Virus record (IMG/VR): IMGVR_UViG_3300003937_000295
Location: 1-56,040 of that record
Direction: 5' to 3' (one strand)
Origin: a virus
Lineage: Duplodnaviria > Caudoviricetes
Length of the DNA: 56,040 bases
Numbering within the stretch: the first letter of the stretch is position 1; every line of letters begins with the position of its first letter. The notes beneath the pieces were generated by a model. That model was not told the DNA's origin. It did not search any database and saw only the letters and a program-made list of their open reading frames with translations. Both the position numbers and the translations under genes were made by a program. Shown piece after piece: positions 37,289 to 45,930 of this stretch.

Positions 37289-38776
37289 ATGGCAGATCTG
37301 AATAGAACAAATTTAGTTTCTAAAACGTTTAGTTTAGAATTAAATACTGGTCAGACTAGAACAATAAGAAGAGGACAGGGACCGGGGAGACCTGTAACTA
37401 CTCCTATAACAGTAAGAGTTCCAAACATAACTACAGTATCTTCATATAATGTTGCCGAAGATGGCACAGTGAGTAATGTGGATTCGGTCGTTAGACAAGT
37501 AGTAACTGAAGAGCAATTTAATAATCTAGAACCTAGCAATAGATCATCCGAACAAGTTGCGACCCGTGGAGCTAGATCTGGGCGTACAATATATTATGCT
37601 ACACTTGCAACAAGAGATGGAGAAACGAACAAATATACATATACATCTGCTGTTGATAAAGTATTGCCCGAAGATACTGCAACACTTTTTAAACAAGATG
37701 TTGCTAAAGAAAATAAGGGAGAAACGAGTCAGTTTTCAACCGTCTCTGCTGCGACACAGCAAGCAATTACCAAAGAAGAAGGATTAAATACAGACGACCC
37801 AAGAAATAGAACAGGTTTGTCCCCCAGTATTCCATCCAACGTAGACACAGCACCACAAGAAATCTCTGCAGCAACAAGAATACAAGGAAAACCAATAAGA
37901 AGAAAATATCCAGATCTAAGATATCCAAAAGAAAGACACGTAACACAAGATTACATCCAGTTTAAAATGCTGGAGTATAAAGGTCTTAAATTTAAAAGGG
38001 GCACTCTAGGTGGTCTAACAAACCCACTTTCTGAGAGCAGAGAATTTGGAACGATAGAAGGTTCAGTGACTTTACCAATGCAGTCAAAAATTTCAGATGT
38101 CAATACTGTAAATTGGGGAGAGTCTGATATAAATCCTCTTCAGGCAGTTGGTCTTGGTCTTTTGGCTTCTGATGATGCTCTCAAAGGATTAGAAACACTA
38201 AAAGAAACTGTTACAAATAATACAGCTGGTGTTCTTAGTAATACGGTAAGTGCAGCAAAAATTCTTGCTTTCCAAGAAGCATTACAAGTCAAAGGTTTAT
38301 TAGCAAGAACGACTGGTGCAATTTTCAATCCAAACACTGAACTTTTATTCCGTGGTCCACAATTAAGACCTTTTGGATTTTCATTTTTCCTTGCAGCAAG
38401 AAGTCAATCAGAAGCATCTGAAATTAAACAAATTATTCGTTTCTTTAAACAAGGAATGTCAATTAAAGAATCATCGAACAATCTATTCCTTAAAACACCC
38501 AATGTGTTTAACATTAGATATGTATATGGAGCAACTGGACAAGATCATCCTGGATTAAATAGAATTAAAACCTGTGCTTTAAAATCTTGCAGTGTTGATT
38601 ATAATCCAGATAATACCTTTATGACATTTGAAGATGGAACAATGACCGCATACAGAATTACAATGCAGTTCCAAGAACTTCTACCAATCACTGAAAGTGA
38701 TTATCAGGGCACAGGTCCTCTAGCAAATCCAGATCAGGTAATTTTTGGACTTACTTCCGATTCAATAGGTTTCTAA
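37289..38776 (+). CDS. gp48-like baseplate tail-tube cap
   Basis: LRYP, NPNTELLFRGPQLR.F.F.F, V.YNPD. Confidence 0.82.
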   Translation: MADLNRTNLVSKTFSLELNTGQTRTIRRGQGPGRPVTTPITVRVPNITTVSSYNVAEDGTVSNVDSVVRQVVTEEQFNNLEPSNRSSEQVATRGARSGRTIYYATLATRDGETNKYTYTSAVDKVLPEDTATLFKQDVAKENKGETSQFSTVSAATQQAITKEEGLNTDDPRNRTGLSPSIPSNVDTAPQEISAATRIQGKPIRRKYPDLRYPKERHVTQDYIQFKMLEYKGLKFKRGTLGGLTNPLSESREFGTIEGSVTLPMQSKISDVNTVNWGESDINPLQAVGLGLLASDDALKGLETLKETVTNNTAGVLSNTVSAAKILAFQEALQVKGLLARTTGAIFNPNTELLFRGPQLRPFGFSFFLAARSQSEASEIKQIIRFFKQGMSIKESSNNLFLKTPNVFNIRYVYGATGQDHPGLNRIKTCALKSCSVDYNPDNTFMTFEDGTMTAYRITMQFQELLPITESDYQGTGPLANPDQVIFGLTSDSIGF

Positions 38777-38777
38777 A

Positions 38778-39791
38778 ATGGCAAGTTACTTCAGACAAGT
38801 TCCAAATTTTGAATACGTCAACAGACGAGCAGATAACAAGACAATATCTGATTATGTTACTGTCAAAAATTTATTTAAACGTGGAAAACTCCGTCCAGAC
38901 ATCTTTGAAAATTTAACTTTCTTCACCAAATATCAAATTATAGGTGATGAAAGACCAGATAATGTTGCTTTTAGTTTTTATAATGACTCTACCTTGGATT
39001 GGGTTGTTTTACTTGCTAATAATATCCTAAATCTTCAATCAGAATGGCCAACACCACAACTGGTATTTGATCAATTGATGCTTGATAAGTATGGCACTTA
39101 CGATAATTTATACAACGGAGTTTATGATTACGAAGTGAGTGAAGACGTTAAAAATACAGCAGGAACAGTTCTATTAAAGAAGGGAACTAAACTTCCAAAA
39201 AATTGGAATACCAATGGCAATTTCATTAAATTCAACAATAGTAAGATTAGTCAGATATTCTCTGGTGATGGTGTAATTCCATCAACTAAAGTGTCAGTAA
39301 CACCTAAAGTTGGTATTTTAAATCTCAAAGTTGGCAATGAAGTAGTCATTGAAAACGTTTCTGAGAATGAATACAATGGAAGATTTGTTGTCACTAGTGT
39401 AGTTACTGTTGGTAATGACAATATTGCTAGAGCATTTACATATGAATTAGCATCAACAGCAACAATAGCAAATCCAACATTAAGTTCCAATAATTCAGAA
39501 GAAGTTTTATTTAAGTCAGAAACTAGTGGCAATTCTTATTATTTTGAATACTATGATGATTCATTAGGTTATTATCAGATTATCCCAACAAGTTCTTTCA
39601 TCAGAGAAGTAACAAATTACCAACATGAAGAAAGACTTGAAGACGATAAGAGAAATATCTATATTCTAAAACCAGAATACTTGAATGTAATATTTAATGA
39701 CATTGAAGAAATTATGCCATACAAAAAAGGTGGAGATCAATACCTGACCCCCACCCTGAAAAAAGGCGATAATATTAGATTATACGAATAA
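38778..39791 (+). CDS. gp53-like baseplate wedge protein
   Basis: GDERPDNVA..YNDS.LDWVVLL.N; VTNYQHE...KRNIYILKP. Confidence 0.85.
   Translation: MASYFRQVPNFEYVNRRADNKTISDYVTVKNLFKRGKLRPDIFENLTFFTKYQIIGDERPDNVAFSFYNDSTLDWVVLLANNILNLQSEWPTPQLVFDQLMLDKYGTYDNLYNGVYDYEVSEDVKNTAGTVLLKKGTKLPKNWNTNGNFIKFNNSKISQIFSGDGVIPSTKVSVTPKVGILNLKVGNEVVIENVSENEYNGRFVVTSVVTVGNDNIARAFTYELASTATIANPTLSSNNSEEVLFKSETSGNSYYFEYYDDSLGYYQIIPTSSFIREVTNYQHEERLEDDKRNIYILKPEYLNVIFNDIEEIMPYKKGGDQYLTPTLKKGDNIRLYE
39723..39755 (-). terminator. Terminator for gp32 transcript embedded in gp53 coding sequence
   Basis: GGTGGGGGTCA-loop-TGATCTCCACC-TTTTTT on minus strand. Confidence 0.7.
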
Positions 39792-40790
39792 TTATTCTTC
39801 AGCCAGACGTTGGAAGTAAGACAGTGCATCATCTTCTTCAGAAGAGTTAGAAGGAGTGATATCAGGTGAATTGAAGTCCGAACCAGAACTAAGTGTGTTC
39901 AGTTCATTCTTCATTTCACTAGGAAGTTCAGACTTACTACGTTGATAAGATTTCTCCAGTTCTTGCATTACGTTCTCTTCACGGGTAGGAGTACTTTGCT
40001 CAAAACTAGAATACTGTTCTTCTTGTTCACGAACAGTAGATGGAGCAGACTTCTGACCTAGGACATACTTCAGACGCTTGTTCAGATCATCATAAGACTT
40101 GAACTGGTCTTCAGCAACGAGAGTGCTCAGAGAATACTCTTTCTTCCAAAGAGATTCCAGTGCATCATCATCGTCCAGGAGAGGTTTGACACGATCAAAC
40201 TCAGAAGAGTCATAGTTCCAATATCCTGCAACTTTCTTCAGTTTCAGTTTGAAATTAGCACCGCTCCAGAAATCAAAGGGGTTGATAGGTTCTTCATCTT
40301 CAAACTCAGGTTGCATAGCAGCAAGAATCTTGTCAAAGATTTTCTTACCAAACTTATACAAGAAGACACGACCTTCGTTCTCAGGATGAGCAGGGTCACG
40401 CACAACATAGATGTTTGTGTAATAAGACAGTTTACGCTTTTGTTTACGAACAGTCTCTTTATCTGCATCAATACCACTGTTCCACAGTTCACGGTTGTGT
40501 TCAGAAACAGGGTCTTTCTGTCCCAGAGTGGTCAGAGAGTTCTCAATATACCAACCACCAGGTCCTTGGAAGGCATGGGAATACATCTTCACCCAGGGAA
40601 GATCTTCACTATCAGGTGCGGGCAGGAAACGAATGACTGCATAACCATTGCCAGTCTTATCCATTTCAGGTTTCCAGAAACGCTCATCAGCGCCTCCACC
40701 GCCATTATTATTCATCTTTTCAACTTGCTTGACCAGTTTGTCGGTCAGAGAACCAAGTTGAGACTGTTTTTTAAGATTTGCAAAAGACAT
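39792..40790 (-). CDS. gp32 single-stranded DNA-binding protein
   Basis: DERFWKP, GYAVIRFLP, GWYIENS, KFGKKIFDKI, acidic tail; start moved to MSFANLKK. Confidence 0.93.
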   Translation of the reverse strand: MSFANLKKQSQLGSLTDKLVKQVEKMNNNGGGGADERFWKPEMDKTGNGYAVIRFLPAPDSEDLPWVKMYSHAFQGPGGWYIENSLTTLGQKDPVSEHNRELWNSGIDADKETVRKQKRKLSYYTNIYVVRDPAHPENEGRVFLYKFGKKIFDKILAAMQPEFEDEEPINPFDFWSGANFKLKLKKVAGYWNYDSSEFDRVKPLLDDDDALESLWKKEYSLSTLVAEDQFKSYDDLNKRLKYVLGQKSAPSTVREQEEQYSSFEQSTPTREENVMQELEKSYQRSKSELPSEMKNELNTLSSGSDFNSPDITPSNSSEEDDALSYFQRLAEE

Positions 40791-40836
40791 TTGGATTATC
40801 TCGGTTTGTTTGGATTTGGTCTGTTTGGACTTCGTT

Positions 40837-40865
40837 ATTCTACAGGTCTGTACCTGTTTTGTCAA
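40837..40865 (-). promoter_or_regulatory. Sigma70-like promoter of gp32
   Basis: TTGACA-N17-TAGAAT. Confidence 0.8.
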
Positions 40866-41184
40866 TCTGTTCACGCATATTTTCTAGAAGATTAGACATA
40901 TTCTTAAAGATGACGTTCATATCAATGTCAGGGGGTAACCCCATCATAGAAGCAGAATCGCACATTCTCTTTTTCATTTCCTTTGCTTCTGGGTCATCAG
41001 AGAGACTCATACGGGTGTAGAGAATTTTTTGCTTATTCAGCAAACGCTCTAACATTATAACATGATGTATTTTCTCTTCTTTGTTCATACGAGGAAAATC
41101 AAATACACTTTTGTAAACTTCCTCTTGAAGTTCAGAAATTTCAGTCATCTCTGCACGGACAACTTCTGAATCAAAAAAACTCAT
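40840..41184 (-). CDS. DUF1825-like protein
   Basis: MSFFDSEVVR, R.SLSDDPEA. Confidence 0.75.
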   Translation of the reverse strand: MSFFDSEVVRAEMTEISELQEEVYKSVFDFPRMNKEEKIHHVIMLERLLNKQKILYTRMSLSDDPEAKEMKKRMCDSASMMGLPPDIDMNVIFKNMSNLLENMREQIDKTGTDL

Positions 41185-41780
41185 CTTTCCCCTAAAACTA
41201 CTTGCTTAAGAATTTTCTTAAAACGAAATACATCGGTATTTAGAAAAGGACCATATTTGGTCATTTTCATAGATGTCAGTTGCCACACTGGATCATCTAA
41301 TTTCTTGTCAAATTTTCTTTTATATCCAAGAATTCTATCTAATATAATCATTGTTTCCAAAGATATATTACCTCGAAGATACATCTTTAATATCATTGGA
41401 TGTCTAGAACCCTCTATATGAAATAAAGAATCAAAGTTTACATCAGTAAAAACTGATTCTACTTCTCCTTTAAAAATATAAGAGAGTGACTGAATTTTTT
41501 TCTGCCACTCTCTATAGTTACCTTCACCATTCCTAATAATCTCACCAATCCATAACGTCTGTGGGTCGCTACAGGTAATGAAATTAGAAACGAAAAAGTG
41601 CTCTACTTCTTTTTCTGTCTTTTGTCTTGATACTTTTTCAAACCAGAATCTATCCTTACGTTTGTAAAATGACTGGAGACTTGCTCTGGTTTTTTTATTG
41701 TACTTATGATAATCATATGTGCTCTTAGTGAAGTGATTCTTTAGAGCAAGATATGTTTTATAAGTTTCAAAAGGTGCCAT
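41181..41780 (-). CDS. gp59-like helicase loader
   Basis: YLALKNHF..YDY.KY..SFYKRKDRFWF; synteny with gp32/gp33. Confidence 0.82.
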   Translation of the reverse strand: MAPFETYKTYLALKNHFTKSTYDYHKYNKKTRASLQSFYKRKDRFWFEKVSRQKTEKEVEHFFVSNFITCSDPQTLWIGEIIRNGEGNYREWQKKIQSLSYIFKGEVESVFTDVNFDSLFHIEGSRHPMILKMYLRGNISLETMIILDRILGYKRKFDKKLDDPVWQLTSMKMTKYGPFLNTDVFRFKKILKQVVLGER

Positions 41781-41837
41781 TATAAAAAAGGTAATCGCGT
41801 AAAATTTTTGCCGGAATTTTTTTCGACCAAAAATGGA

Positions 41838-42095
41838 TTAAAAGACCAATTTTGCTCTGGAGGTCCGCTTAAGAAAGTTTAACTCCATTGCTTGATACTT
41901 AATCTTTTCCTTCAATGGTTTTGATATTAGTTTTGGTACGGAGTCTAACTCAATATTATTTTGCTCGCAGAAGTGAACTATTGCATCAATATAATTCATA
42001 TTAGAATTATCACGAACAAGTTCTTCTATCTCTTGAGCAAAGCGAGACTTGCAAAAGAATTTACTTTCCAATACTTTTTCTAATTCATTCTCCAT
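41838..42095 (-). CDS. gp33 late transcription co-activator
   Basis: YIDAIVHFCE, LISKPLKEKI...A.ELNFL; start moved to MENEL. Confidence 0.85.
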   Translation of the reverse strand: MENELEKVLESKFFCKSRFAQEIEELVRDNSNMNYIDAIVHFCEQNNIELDSVPKLISKPLKEKIKYQAMELNFLKRTSRAKLVF

Positions 42096-42143
42096 GGTCC
42101 CTAGAACTGTAATGTGCAAATTCTTATACTCAAGTCTCATAAT

Positions 42144-42172
42144 ATTATACAAATAATTTATCTTAATGTCAA
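42144..42172 (-). promoter_or_regulatory. Sigma70 consensus promoter
   Basis: TTGACA-N17-TATAAT perfect. Confidence 0.85.
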
Positions 42173-42846
42173 GAATATTGTTTTAACTTATCATCTACAA
42201 ACTTCTTGATATATTGCGTAAGCAACTTAATATATTTTGCCTTATCATACTCTTCATAAACTTCTACCTCACCATTTTCACATGCCATAATAATCACAAA
42301 CTTTTTGACAGGAATATTAGTCAGTTCATGAAGCATACATGCATATGCACAGCACTGAACAAAATAACCATCAATCCATTCGCGTGGTTTAGGTTGCTTT
42401 GAAGTCTTGAAATCAATGATTGAAAGTTCTCCATCAAATTCAGCGATACAGTCAACCGTACCTGCAATACCTAAGTATTGACTGAAAAGAGAACCTTCTA
42501 ATACATGAATATTATTTATACGATTCAGAGTAGGTTTAGCAATCTTAAACAAATGCTCTGAAATAGGTTGTACTGTAGGCAGTTCTTTGTTTTTCAGATA
42601 ATACTCAGAAAGAGTATGCATATCTGTACCACGACTTGTTGCTTTACGAGTGATGTTATTGGCTTTTTCTTCACCAACTCTCTTACGCCATGCAGCAAAC
42701 TTTTCTTTATTAAAATGAGAAGTAACTGAAGTGATAGAAACTAACCTCTTTAGTCCATCTTCTCCTGGAACTTTATAATAACGAACCCCGTCAATGGTTT
42801 CGCGATCCAATGAAGGAATATTCAAATCAATATGGTTAAACATCAA
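42169..42846 (-). CDS. PD-(D/E)xK exonuclease
   Basis: RGT.MH, AGTVDC, IIDFKTS, Q..AY. Confidence 0.85.
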   Translation of the reverse strand: MMFNHIDLNIPSLDRETIDGVRYYKVPGEDGLKRLVSITSVTSHFNKEKFAAWRKRVGEEKANNITRKATSRGTDMHTLSEYYLKNKELPTVQPISEHLFKIAKPTLNRINNIHVLEGSLFSQYLGIAGTVDCIAEFDGELSIIDFKTSKQPKPREWIDGYFVQCCAYACMLHELTNIPVKKFVIIMACENGEVEVYEEYDKAKYIKLLTQYIKKFVDDKLKQYS

Positions 42847-43592
42847 AGACCTAATTCATTTTTTGCAACAAGGTATTCTTTACAGAGACCTGAACGGACA
42901 ATATCCTCAAGACCAAATTCAATAATATCAAATGATGGCATTACTCTTAAGATTTTCATAAAGTCAGCAATACCATTCTTTTCATTCTGTTTAGTAAGGT
43001 CAGATTGAGTGGCATCACCACAGAACATAATCTTAGTGTTCTCACCTACACGAGTAATAATACTATCAAGTTCGTGAAAGTTCAAGTTTTGGAACTCATC
43101 AACCAGGATGATAGCATTATCAAGTGTAGTGCCACGAATAAATGATGTGGACCAGAAAGAAATAGTTCCTTGAGTCTTCAAGTTGCCATAGAGCATTTCA
43201 AATGCACTATCGTCTGGCATTTCAAACATATACTTTACCATATTCTTATATGGAATCTGGTAAAGGGAAGACTTATCCTCATGATCACCAGGTAGGAAAC
43301 CAATCTCACGGGTAGCTACAAGGGACCTAACGATGTAGATCTTATCATAGGGACTACGATCACCCAGAACATCTTTAAGAGCGTTATAGAGGGTAATAAA
43401 AGTCTTTCCTGTTCCTGCTGCACCATATGCAACTAAGTTTTGATCCAGTTTATAGCAACGAAAAAGTTCTTCTTGGTTTTTCGTAAGAGGTTCAATCTTT
43501 TTTATATAATCAAGATTGATTGGTTTTTTTCTTTTCATATGTTTGTTACTCATCCCAAAAGGTACTGGATTATCTACTTTTTTACGTGGCAT
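42843..43592 (-). CDS. phoH: PhoH-family ATPase
   Basis: GAAGTGKT, IGFLPG, RGTT, DEFQN, GDATQSD, DIVRSG. Confidence 0.93.
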   Translation of the reverse strand: MPRKKVDNPVPFGMSNKHMKRKKPINLDYIKKIEPLTKNQEELFRCYKLDQNLVAYGAAGTGKTFITLYNALKDVLGDRSPYDKIYIVRSLVATREIGFLPGDHEDKSSLYQIPYKNMVKYMFEMPDDSAFEMLYGNLKTQGTISFWSTSFIRGTTLDNAIILVDEFQNLNFHELDSIITRVGENTKIMFCGDATQSDLTKQNEKNGIADFMKILRVMPSFDIIEFGLEDIVRSGLCKEYLVAKNELGL

Positions 43593-43596
43593 AAAA

Positions 43597-43839
43597 TCAG
43601 GTAATAGGCTTTACATTTGCTCCTGGCATCTTAGATGCCCTTGTTAGAACTTCATTCCAACCAGGTTTTTGTTTGATAAGTTTGTTAGCCCAATCTCCAA
43701 CCTCTCCAACATTCATTTGTGTTGGAAGAAGTGGTTTAAGAAGTGGATTCTCTTTCAGATATGGATCTTTCTCTGCCATATACATCCACTTCTCAAATAT
43801 TTCACCCGTTTCCGTATTTTCAAATCTGTAAGTTGGCAT
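43597..43839 (-). CDS. FmdB-like small protein
   Basis: MPTYRF.N.ETGE; PGWNEVL. Confidence 0.65.
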   Translation of the reverse strand: MPTYRFENTETGEIFEKWMYMAEKDPYLKENPLLKPLLPTQMNVGEVGDWANKLIKQKPGWNEVLTRASKMPGANVKPIT

Positions 43840-43865
43840 AGTTTAAATGAGTGTCATGTCAATAT

Positions 43866-44510
43866 TTAGGAAACCCATTCGAGAGCAGTAGCAACAACAG
43901 GAAACTGTTCACAGAAGATTTCTTTAGCAGAATTTGCAATATCCATATGCTCTTTCTGAGTTCCATTAGCAGAACGCAAATCGATATAATGAATCCATGA
44001 ACGAACTGATCCGGTCATGTACATTTTTGTTGGAACGGCCAGGGGAAGCACAAAACGGGCACACTCCTTCGCGACTCCTCGGTCAAGCATTTGCTTATAC
44101 AATGCCATAGAAGAATCAAACAGAGTCTGCATCTGGAGTTCCAGGTTCTGAAGATCAAATGCATCTAGATCGTCAATAGAGTTCTGGCGGTTCTTAGTAT
44201 CTTGCCGACGCAGAGCAGGCAGAGGAATCTTATCGAAACCTAACAAGGAAGAATCAGCATAGCGTTGCGAAAATTCTTGATATGTGAAAGAACGATGTCG
44301 GAGTACTTGAGCTGCGAGTCCTCTGGTAGTATAGATTTCCAGTGTCATAAATGCTTGCTCAAAGATAGACCAATGCTGATGCTTGATACAGTACTTCAAC
44401 AGTCCATCAAACTTTTCGTTATCTTGGTTCTTCGGATTACTTACTCTCGCACAATATGCCATGTGCTGTTCTGCATCAGGTGTTACTGATATAAGTTTTG
44501 CATTATTCAT
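43866..44510 (-). CDS. thyX: FAD-dependent thymidylate synthase
   Basis: RHRSFTYQEFSQRY signature; AKECARFVLP; start moved to MNNAK. Confidence 0.95.
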   Translation of the reverse strand: MNNAKLISVTPDAEQHMAYCARVSNPKNQDNEKFDGLLKYCIKHQHWSIFEQAFMTLEIYTTRGLAAQVLRHRSFTYQEFSQRYADSSLLGFDKIPLPALRRQDTKNRQNSIDDLDAFDLQNLELQMQTLFDSSMALYKQMLDRGVAKECARFVLPLAVPTKMYMTGSVRSWIHYIDLRSANGTQKEHMDIANSAKEIFCEQFPVVATALEWVS

Positions 44511-44685
44511 CTTTCTTGTTTTTGAATTGTTTGCGGCATTCTTTAAGCACCTTGAGTTCTTCCTTGATAGTTTTGTAGGCATCTTCGGCAGATAGTTTTC
44601 TTCCCATCTCTAGAGCAATTGTCAATTCAACTCTAGTTCCGAAATGTTTGAGTGCCTCCTCAAAACAATTTAGATCTTCATACAT
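44503..44685 (-). CDS. Small cyanobacterial-type hypothetical protein
   Basis: FEEALKHFGTRV..LEMG.KLS.EDAY; coupled to neighbours. Confidence 0.7.
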   Translation of the reverse strand: MYEDLNCFEEALKHFGTRVELTIALEMGRKLSAEDAYKTIKEELKVLKECRKQFKNKKDE

Positions 44686-44855
44686 TAGTCTGAATATTCC
44701 TCATTATCATAAAATACTTCATCATAGTCAGTGATATGCTCTACAATTTTATCATACTCTAGATATGACTCTGTATCCGAATATAGTTCACTTTTAAGGC
44801 ACTCAACAAGTGACTCTAAGTTTTTTACGATTAGTTTCAGTTTTTCTTTGTCCAT
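44685..44855 (-). CDS. Conserved cyanophage hypothetical protein
   Basis: MDKEKLKLIVKNLE.LV..LKSE.YSD. Confidence 0.65.
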   Translation of the reverse strand: MDKEKLKLIVKNLESLVECLKSELYSDTESYLEYDKIVEHITDYDEVFYDNEEYSD

Positions 44856-44887
44856 GAAAGTAAACGTACACAAAAGTAATTATACAC

Positions 44888-44915
44888 AAAAAAAGAGGGT
44901 TTTGCAACCCCCCTT
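44888..44915 (-). terminator. Intrinsic terminator
   Basis: AAGGGGGGTT-GCAA-AACCCTCTT plus T run. Confidence 0.85.
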
Positions 44916-44916
44916 A

Positions 44917-45009
44917 TCATTTATTGAGCAAAATTAGTTCTCCGTATATCAAAGATAGAAACGTAATACTTACGAGGGATATACTCCCAGCGATTTGTAG
45001 TGCTTCCAT
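44917..45009 (-). CDS. 30-aa hydrophobic microprotein
   Basis: MEALQIAGSISLVSITFLSLIYGELILLNK; fills the gap between DUF4278 gene and terminator. Confidence 0.55.
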   Translation of the reverse strand: MEALQIAGSISLVSITFLSLIYGELILLNK

Positions 45010-45013
45010 AACT

Positions 45014-45181
45014 TCACTTGGCGTAAAGTTTACCACGATAACAGAATGTACCGTGAGTCTCTTTTGATTCTACACAACGTGTATCATACTCAACACCACG
45101 GTATGTAGTGTGAAGAACTTGTGCGTCATGTAGCGCAGATGCTTTTTGAATCTGCTTACGAATCAGGTTAAGCGTGTTCAT
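45014..45181 (-). CDS. DUF4278-like small protein (YRG motifs)
   Basis: MNTLNLIRKQIQKA..TYRGVEY..CYRGKLY; AGGAG SD; downstream of riboswitch. Confidence 0.8.
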   Translation of the reverse strand: MNTLNLIRKQIQKASALHDAQVLHTTYRGVEYDTRCVESKETHGTFCYRGKLYAK

Positions 45182-45189
45182 TTGTCAGT

Positions 45190-45399
45190 CTCCTGAAGTT
45201 AGGGTTTTAATCCCCGTTCCTTCAGTCGTGTGCGTCCCAATACCACTGGCATTCTGGCGCAGAATCCTTTAAGGTTTCTACTAACTCAATCTTAACTTGA
45301 TTGCTAAGATTAGCATTGTTCTCAATCTTCAGCACGATAGCATCAGTTTGAGTGCATGAGAGTGTTGTATAGAATAATAGTTCTAGCATGGGATGAACG
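45190..45399 (-). ncRNA. Glutamine-II (Downstream-peptide) riboswitch-like aptamer 2 with ORF in its P2 loop
   Basis: CGTTCATCCCA ... TGGGACGCACACGACTGAAGGAACG; CTGAAG complementary to CTTCAG overlapping the SD. Confidence 0.7.
45222..45389 (-). CDS. 55-aa protein nested in riboswitch
   Basis: MLELLFYTTLSCTQTDAI..APECQWYWDAHD; GGAG upstream. Confidence 0.7.
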   Translation of the reverse strand: MLELLFYTTLSCTQTDAIVLKIENNANLSNQVKIELVETLKDSAPECQWYWDAHD

Positions 45400-45403
45400 A
45401 CTC

Positions 45404-45447
45404 CGTTCCGCGACTTACTTGCGTCCCACCCAAGAGTGGGATGAACG
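45404..45447 (-). ncRNA. Glutamine-II (Downstream-peptide) riboswitch-like aptamer 1
   Basis: CGTTC-A-TCCCAC(loop)GTGGGA-CGCAAGTAAGTCGCG-GAACG. Confidence 0.7.
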
Positions 45448-45456
45448 TCAGGTCTT

Positions 45457-45485
45457 ATTATAGACCTCATACATTATTTAGTCAA
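45457..45485 (-). promoter_or_regulatory. Sigma70 promoter with nested late-promoter variant
   Basis: TTGACT-N17-TATAAT; CTAAATA overlaps the -35. Confidence 0.75.
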
Positions 45486-45496
45486 GTGTCTTGGTA

Positions 45497-45739
45497 TTAA
45501 CACGAACACTTGTAGTTATATTTGTTTAGATAATTCAAGGTTTCCTTAAGACCACCACGATGCTTCAGTCCAATTGAGATTTGTGGATACTCTGCATTAC
45601 TACCAAACTCTGCATGAAACTGTTTATCTGTAAAGTCTTCATCCAAAAAGTATTCATGGAAATCTTCGTGAATACTTTTCAAGAGCATACCAGCTCGTTC
45701 ACATTCTTGACTACCGTTACTATAAATTACTGCTTGCAT
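45497..45739 (-). CDS. Glutaredoxin-like protein (single Cys)
   Basis: IYSNGSQEC..YPQI..GGL. Confidence 0.7.
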   Translation of the reverse strand: MQAVIYSNGSQECERAGMLLKSIHEDFHEYFLDEDFTDKQFHAEFGSNAEYPQISIGLKHRGGLKETLNYLNKYNYKCSC

Positions 45740-45930
45740 GTGTCTTCTTTGTAAGTAATGGTGATTTGATTATATACTTCATCTCGATTGTCACTATTAT
45801 AGACATGACAACGTTCTACTTTAGCATCTAATACCTTCACAATATTATCTAGTTGAATTTGAACTACATGTTTTTTGAAATCATCATTCATCAAACTCTT
45901 ATTAGATCCTGGTGTGTTAAAATCATCCAT
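45727..45930 (-). CDS. Hypothetical protein
   Basis: Translationally coupled ORF. Confidence 0.55.
   Translation of the reverse strand: MDDFNTPGSNKSLMNDDFKKHVVQIQLDNIVKVLDAKVERCHVYNSDNRDEVYNQITITYKEDTCKQ

Noticed and set aside
43866-44582. Intron or N-terminal extension in thyX
   Set aside because: Continuous ORF of normal length; extension is overlap with the upstream gene
45390-45470. N-terminal extension of the 82-aa ORF
   Set aside because: It spans the promoter -10 and aptamer 1; ATG at 45389 with upstream GGAG is more plausible
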